Shown: positions 59,469-64,000 of the stretch, in pieces
How the letters are laid out: each line of letters opens with the position of its first letter
How positions within the stretch are numbered: the stretch's first letter is position 1
From: Camelus ferus
Taxonomy: Eukaryota
Assembly: GCF_009834535.1 (NCBI RefSeq)
Contig: NC_045701.1
Span: 30,442,001 to 30,506,000 of the forward strand
Direction of reading: 5' to 3'
DNA: 64,000 nucleotides
Translations under genes and position numbers: made by a program
The notes under the pieces: generated by a model
Database searches by the model: none
What the model was told of the DNA's origin: nothing
Seen by the model: only the letters and a program-made list of their open reading frames with translations

Positions 59469-60639
59469 CAGCGGCCTGGGGAGAGGCGAGGCGAGGCCAA
59501 GAGCAGTAACTATGATGGCAGAAGGAGAAGGAGGCTGGGGGAACCTGCCTCATATCCCTGGATAGAGGCTGCCCCGTGAGGGGCTTTCTTCTCTCCCACC
59601 ATTTTGTCTTCTGCTCTGCCTTCTCCAATTCTTCTGTTCTCCCTTCTCCCAGACTCCCTGACCGTCCTTGGCCTGATGCCTGATTTCTTCTGTTCTCCCT
59701 AACTGTGTTCCCCTTCCTCCACTTTTCCTCTTGCCCTATGAATCTAAGGAGAAATGCAAAATTGTCCTACCGAGTGAAAAGTGAAGCAGATCTTGGAAGC
59801 TAGGTAGTTTCGACGAACAAACAAATAAAATTGCCTGCCTTATTCAAATAACGAGGGCGAAGTAAGGGTTTCAGCTTGAGTTGTGCAAATGGTCAGTTCA
59901 GCTTTTCAGTGCAAACCTGAACCTTTACTCCTTTTTCCCTTTGACCGGAGACAGCCCAGCCGTGTTGATTTTACTTTCACAGAGCACTAAGGCAGCTTTC
60001 TGGAGAGCCCAGCAGAATGAAGTTGGGGAGCAAACTGGGATCATTATAAAGACAGGAAAACACAGGAGCAGAGGGCAGTGCCAGTCGTGGTTTGGAAACA
60101 TCTCACTCTAGAATAATGAGAAGTGAGGAGGAGACCTGGCTAGGAATTCAAATGAGCTCTTGGCCTCCCACCCGCTCCTCTAACCCCAGCCTGCGGTCCA
60201 GGGCTGGACTGTGCTGATCCTCATTCTGCCCACAGAATGCTTTAAACCACAGATTTTATCTCCAAACATTTGCATTTCTACAGCAGCAGAGGCATAATTC
60301 TCTATCCAGAAGTTCAAACTACAAAGATTCAGGCACCTGAACAAACTCATGAATGCTGTTCCCACCGCCAAGGCCTCACTGAGGGGGAACCAGGGGAGCC
60401 GGTGGCCGGTGTGAACTCGCTCCCGGTTCTCTGTTGCCACCTAGTGGTGTTTCTCACTCCAACACCACTTTTTCTTCCTGACCCACAGCTATGCACTCTG
60501 TCTACTAAAATAATGTCTCCTGATCTCAGAACAAACTCCCTATCCTCCTGACTCAAAATCCCGACTTCGGGACCAGAACACAAAGCTTATGACCCAGATG
60601 GTCTGTGTGGCCTCTTAGCAGTCACATCCACACAACAGC

Positions 60640-61180
60640 CAGGGGATCTTTAAGTAGACGGGCCCTTTACTCCTCTGCTTAGAGCCCTCCCAGGGCTCCC
60701 CAGTGTGTGCACAAAACTCACAGTCCTAGTGGGGTCTAAGGCTTTCCATGACGTGGCCTCTGGTCCCTCTCTGACCCCATCATTCACCTGCTCCAGCCAC
60801 ACCAGACTCCTTACTGTTCCTCCAACACCCCAGACATCCACCTGCTTTTGGGCCTTTGCAGTGCTGCCCTCTCTACTCAGAGCATTCTTCCCCAGACAAG
60901 CATCAGTTCCCTGTCTCACCTTCAGGTCTTTGTCCCAGAGTCACCTACTTCAGTGACCCTATTTAAAAATCACTGCCTACTAATTTCCATCGTGTTTTTT
61001 TTTTCCCTTAGCAATTATCACCCTGAGCAAAGTATGTATTTTTTACTGTCTTTCTCTCAATGGAATGTAAGGATTCCAAAGGTGGGGATTTTGTCTCTTT
61101 TATTCACTGATATATCCCAAGCATCTTGGAGCATAGTAGATGCTCAAGAAATATTTGTTGACTATGTGAATGAGCCTGAA
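60640..61180 (+). mobile_element. L2 LINE 3' fragment
   Basis: CTCTGCTTAGAGCCCTCC...CCTTTGCAGTGCTGCCCTCT...TAGTAGATGCTCAAGAAATATTTGTTGACTATGTGAATGA, a typical L2 3' end. Confidence 0.75.
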
Positions 61181-62758
61181 CCCAATAGTCTGAGATCACC
61201 TACTACTAACAGGCGAATCCTGGGAAGCAAAAACACTGTTCATCTCAGTTTTCTAGGAGTTCTTCCCATCCACAGATAGTGATGCTTCTCTTTCTCAGCA
61301 TCTCAGTTCTTCTGAGTCTCATGCCAGGCTCACTGGTGCCCCGGAAGCAGCACTGACCACACAGCTGTAACTGCCACAGGAAACAGGGAAGACAAAGTAG
61401 AGAAAGGTCTCAGCTGGAGGTGGAGCAGCACCCCCACCACCAGCAGTTTTCACATTTAGACAATGTTTTTAAGTGTTGCAAGTTTTAATCGAGTCGCACG
61501 GGAAAGAGTGAAGGATGAGAGGTGTTGGGTGCCATTTCCAGGTAAAGCCAGGTGACCTTGGAACTGGAGGGACCCAGAGGGATGAATCATTGCAGAAGAG
61601 CTGAGCTGGGCTGGTGCTGGGAATCGTGACCGTGATGACTGGTCCACTTCCCTATCTCCTCCACCTCCTCCAAAAGATAAGCAGTGAGTCCTTTGTGACA
61701 AGAAGCCATACAAAGCAAGTTTCTAGGCTGTTCCATCTATTTCTCAGGTCAGAAAAAAGCAATCCTTACCATCACAGTGAGAGGTTCTTCCCAGAATCAG
61801 AACCGGAAGTGTATAAAGGAGATGACAAATGACAACTGTCCCAGAAATTCATTTTGAGCTGACACCTGGATCAGGTGCTTTATTAGCCATTGAAACCATG
61901 TGGCTGGGGGCCAAATCTAGTCTTTGAGTGTGAGGATTCACGCTTCCTCATTGCTAAACATGTTCAGGCAGGTGTCCTAGCTCCATAGGTATCCACTTAT
62001 TGGGGACATGTAAGTGGAGAGGCATGAACCTCATTCATTTCCTGACCCGGGGCTGCTCCCCAGCCCACATCTAAACAGAAGCACCACAGGTCAGGCCAGT
62101 TCTTACGGAGTTAGGCAGTGAGAAGAGACTGCCGGAGATCTGAGGCCCAGTGGTGGGCAGGTGTGTCCCTCTGAGCAGGAGCTGCAGCAAAAGGACTCAG
62201 TGAGGAGGTGAGGCCTGAGACAGGATGTGGGTGAGGAGAAAGGACCAAGAATGGATGGGTTCTGGCCAGATAAGAGTAGACACTCAGGCGAATGACAAGA
62301 TGGGCAAAGGAGGGACCCAATGTGGAGGGGAGAGAGGAGAGTGGTGCTGGGGGATGGAGGCACAATATAGGGATGTGGAGGAGATGGGGATGCGGTCATG
62401 GAGGGGACGAGACACAGAGAAAGAGATGGAGATATAGGGACCTGGGGATGCTAAGGGATGGGACTTGAGGGAGAAGAGATAGAACAAGGAGTGGGAGGCA
62501 AGAGGGACAGAACGAAGGAGGAGAGGGATACAAGGTGAAGGGGATGGAGCCATAGGGTTAGGGAGTGGGGTCATAGTGGCTGTGGGCACCCAGAGGGGAA
62601 GGGAGGGATAAGACACAGGGTGAGGGAGGAAGGAGACAGTGGCAGAGGGAGATGGTGATTAGCTAGAAGGAGCAGGTATAGGAAGGCTCATTTCCCACCT
62701 CCTGTTCTCTGTCCCCAGCAACCCCAGCCCTCCATTCTGACAGTTCCCCCTAAGAGAG

Positions 62759-63229
62759 ATGGCACTGGCCAGAGCAGGATTCTACCCTCTGCTTCTGCTC
62801 CTGCTGCTGGGGCTCTGGGTGGTGGAGGACCCAGTCAGCGCCAAGCCCAGTCACATGACCTCGGCTCAGTGGTTTGAAGCTCAGCACGTGCAGCCCAGGC
62901 CTAAGAGATGCAGCGCTGCCATGGGCAACATCAACAAGTACTCCAGACGCTGCAAAGGCTTCAACACCTTCCTGCATGAATCCTTCTCCAGCGTGGCTGC
63001 CACCTGTCAGACCCCCATCACAGCCTGCAAGAATGGCCATAAAAACTGCCACCAGAGCCAGAAACCTGCAACCCTGACTACGTGTAAGCTCACCTCTGGC
63101 CGGTACCCAAACTGCAGGTACAAAGAGAAGCAACTGGTGGCTCCTTACATCGTGGCCTGTGACCCTCCCCAGAAAGGGGATTCTGGACACTTGAAGCTGG
63201 TTCCCGTGCACTTGGACAAAGTCCTTTAG
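62759..63229 (+). CDS. RNASE7: Secreted cationic ribonuclease of the RNase 7/8 group, 156 aa, single coding exon
   Basis: Signal peptide [20 protein letters not shown], intact catalytic triad ([22 protein letters not shown]) and eight Cys. Acceptor CCCCTAAG|AGAGATG at 62754/62755; upstream non-coding exon donor GAGGAG|GTGAGG at 62207/62208. The symbol rests on similarity and position; RNASE7 and RNASE8 cannot be separated outside primates. Confidence 0.93.
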   Translation: MALARAGFYPLLLLLLLGLWVVEDPVSAKPSHMTSAQWFEAQHVQPRPKRCSAAMGNINKYSRRCKGFNTFLHESFSSVAATCQTPITACKNGHKNCHQSQKPATLTTCKLTSGRYPNCRYKEKQLVAPYIVACDPPQKGDSGHLKLVPVHLDKVL

Positions 63230-63714
63230 GTTTCTAGCCTTCCTCGTGCTTGGGCTGTGCCTGAATTCCCTCTCCAGGCCTCTGGACCACTCCTCCTTTT
63301 CCCAGAAGGTTCTATTCTGACATCTCTTGGGGCCCTTCCTAGCTCAGGCTCCTCTGAGAGGATGGGGGTTGGGGGTAGGGGTGTTGAGGTTGAAACTTTA
63401 GTAGGCTCGGCTCCAGAAGAGATGGTCTTTCCCAGGAGCTTATCCCCAAGAGAGGGGCTGAGCAAGCTTAGGGGTGCAGGTTCCTAGATCTGTGCCTCAT
63501 ACATCTCTCCCCTGCCCCATCTTCTCGTGGCAGTGTGACAAGAGGAGGAAAGAAATGGAAAAGGAGTGCATGGGATTTATGGAAAGAGCTCTTTTTGTCC
63601 CTAAATGAGGCCTCTTCCCCAGCTCTGACCCAGTAGTGAGGTGGCCTGTGTGCAGAGAGACGGCCGGAAGGAAAGATGACAAAGAAGCACCACCTTGTAT
63701 TTACATAGCATTTC

Positions 63715-63900
63715 ATGCTTTTCATGCTGGATCCACGTGAGTCCCTCGTGAGACGGACTTGACAGGGATTACTTGCCTTCTTCAGGGATGAGGAAGTTGA
63801 GATTTCAGAAAGCTTAATTAATTCAAGAGCTTGTCAAGTTAGTTAGTAGCAGAACTTGGACTTGAAACTAGGTCTCCTTACTCTAAATACAGTGCGCTTT
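63715..63900 (-). mobile_element. MIR SINE fragment
   Basis: CAGGGATGAGGAAGTTGAGATTTCAGAAAGCTTAATTAATTCAAGAGCTTGTCAAGTTAGTTAGTAGCAGAACTTGGACTTGAAACTAGGTCT. Confidence 0.65.
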
Positions 63901-64000
63901 CTCCTTTACCACTGGCCGAAAAATGAGAGCCTTCTGCAGGGACAAGAGGGGAACTAGGTAAGAGTTCACACATGAAGAAATGTACAGAGAGCTCTGAAGA

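Noticed and set aside
59870-59940. Cluster of nuclear-receptor half-sites and a C/EBP-like word ~2.3 kb upstream of RNASE7 exon 1
   Set aside because: Short degenerate motifs occur frequently by chance, and no conservation data are available here.
1-64000. CRISPR arrays, operons, prophage or other prokaryotic systems
   Set aside because: The window is intron-containing mammalian DNA. The only short-period repeats are microsatellites and one 42-bp tandem pair; no repeat-spacer array is present.

Overview
This is mammalian genomic DNA, most likely camelid: it carries three copies of a tRNA-derived SINE of the Vic-1 type and cetartiodactyl-style L1 3' ends and LTRs. Gene order matches human 14q11.2. 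Six intact protein-coding genes were traced by hand through their splice sites: METTL17 (+, 14 coding exons, 461 aa), SLC39A2 (+, 309 aa), NDRG2 (-, 371 aa), TPPP2 (+, 171 aa), RNASE13 (-, 153 aa) and an RNASE7/8-type gene (+, 156 aa). The first ~21 kb has no intact gene and is rich in repeats. It holds two processed pseudogenes (ZDHHC2 and a 3' fragment of FLNB) and up to three decayed RNase A-superfamily genes that the ORF track does not show: one clear (7961-8375, -), one probable (~17860-18260, +) and one tentative (<1-330, -). A local duplication links ~15.1-16.0 kb to ~33.7-36.3 kb and has a ~99% identical core inside 80-90% identical flanks. I found no prokaryote-type system (CRISPR, defence island) and no convincing new protein-coding gene. 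The most novel-looking signals are the dead RNases, the likely L1 hit on the first exon of one of them, the odd structure of the ZDHHC2 retrocopy and the duplication. Gene names and ortholog comparisons come from my recall of the human proteins; no database search was run.
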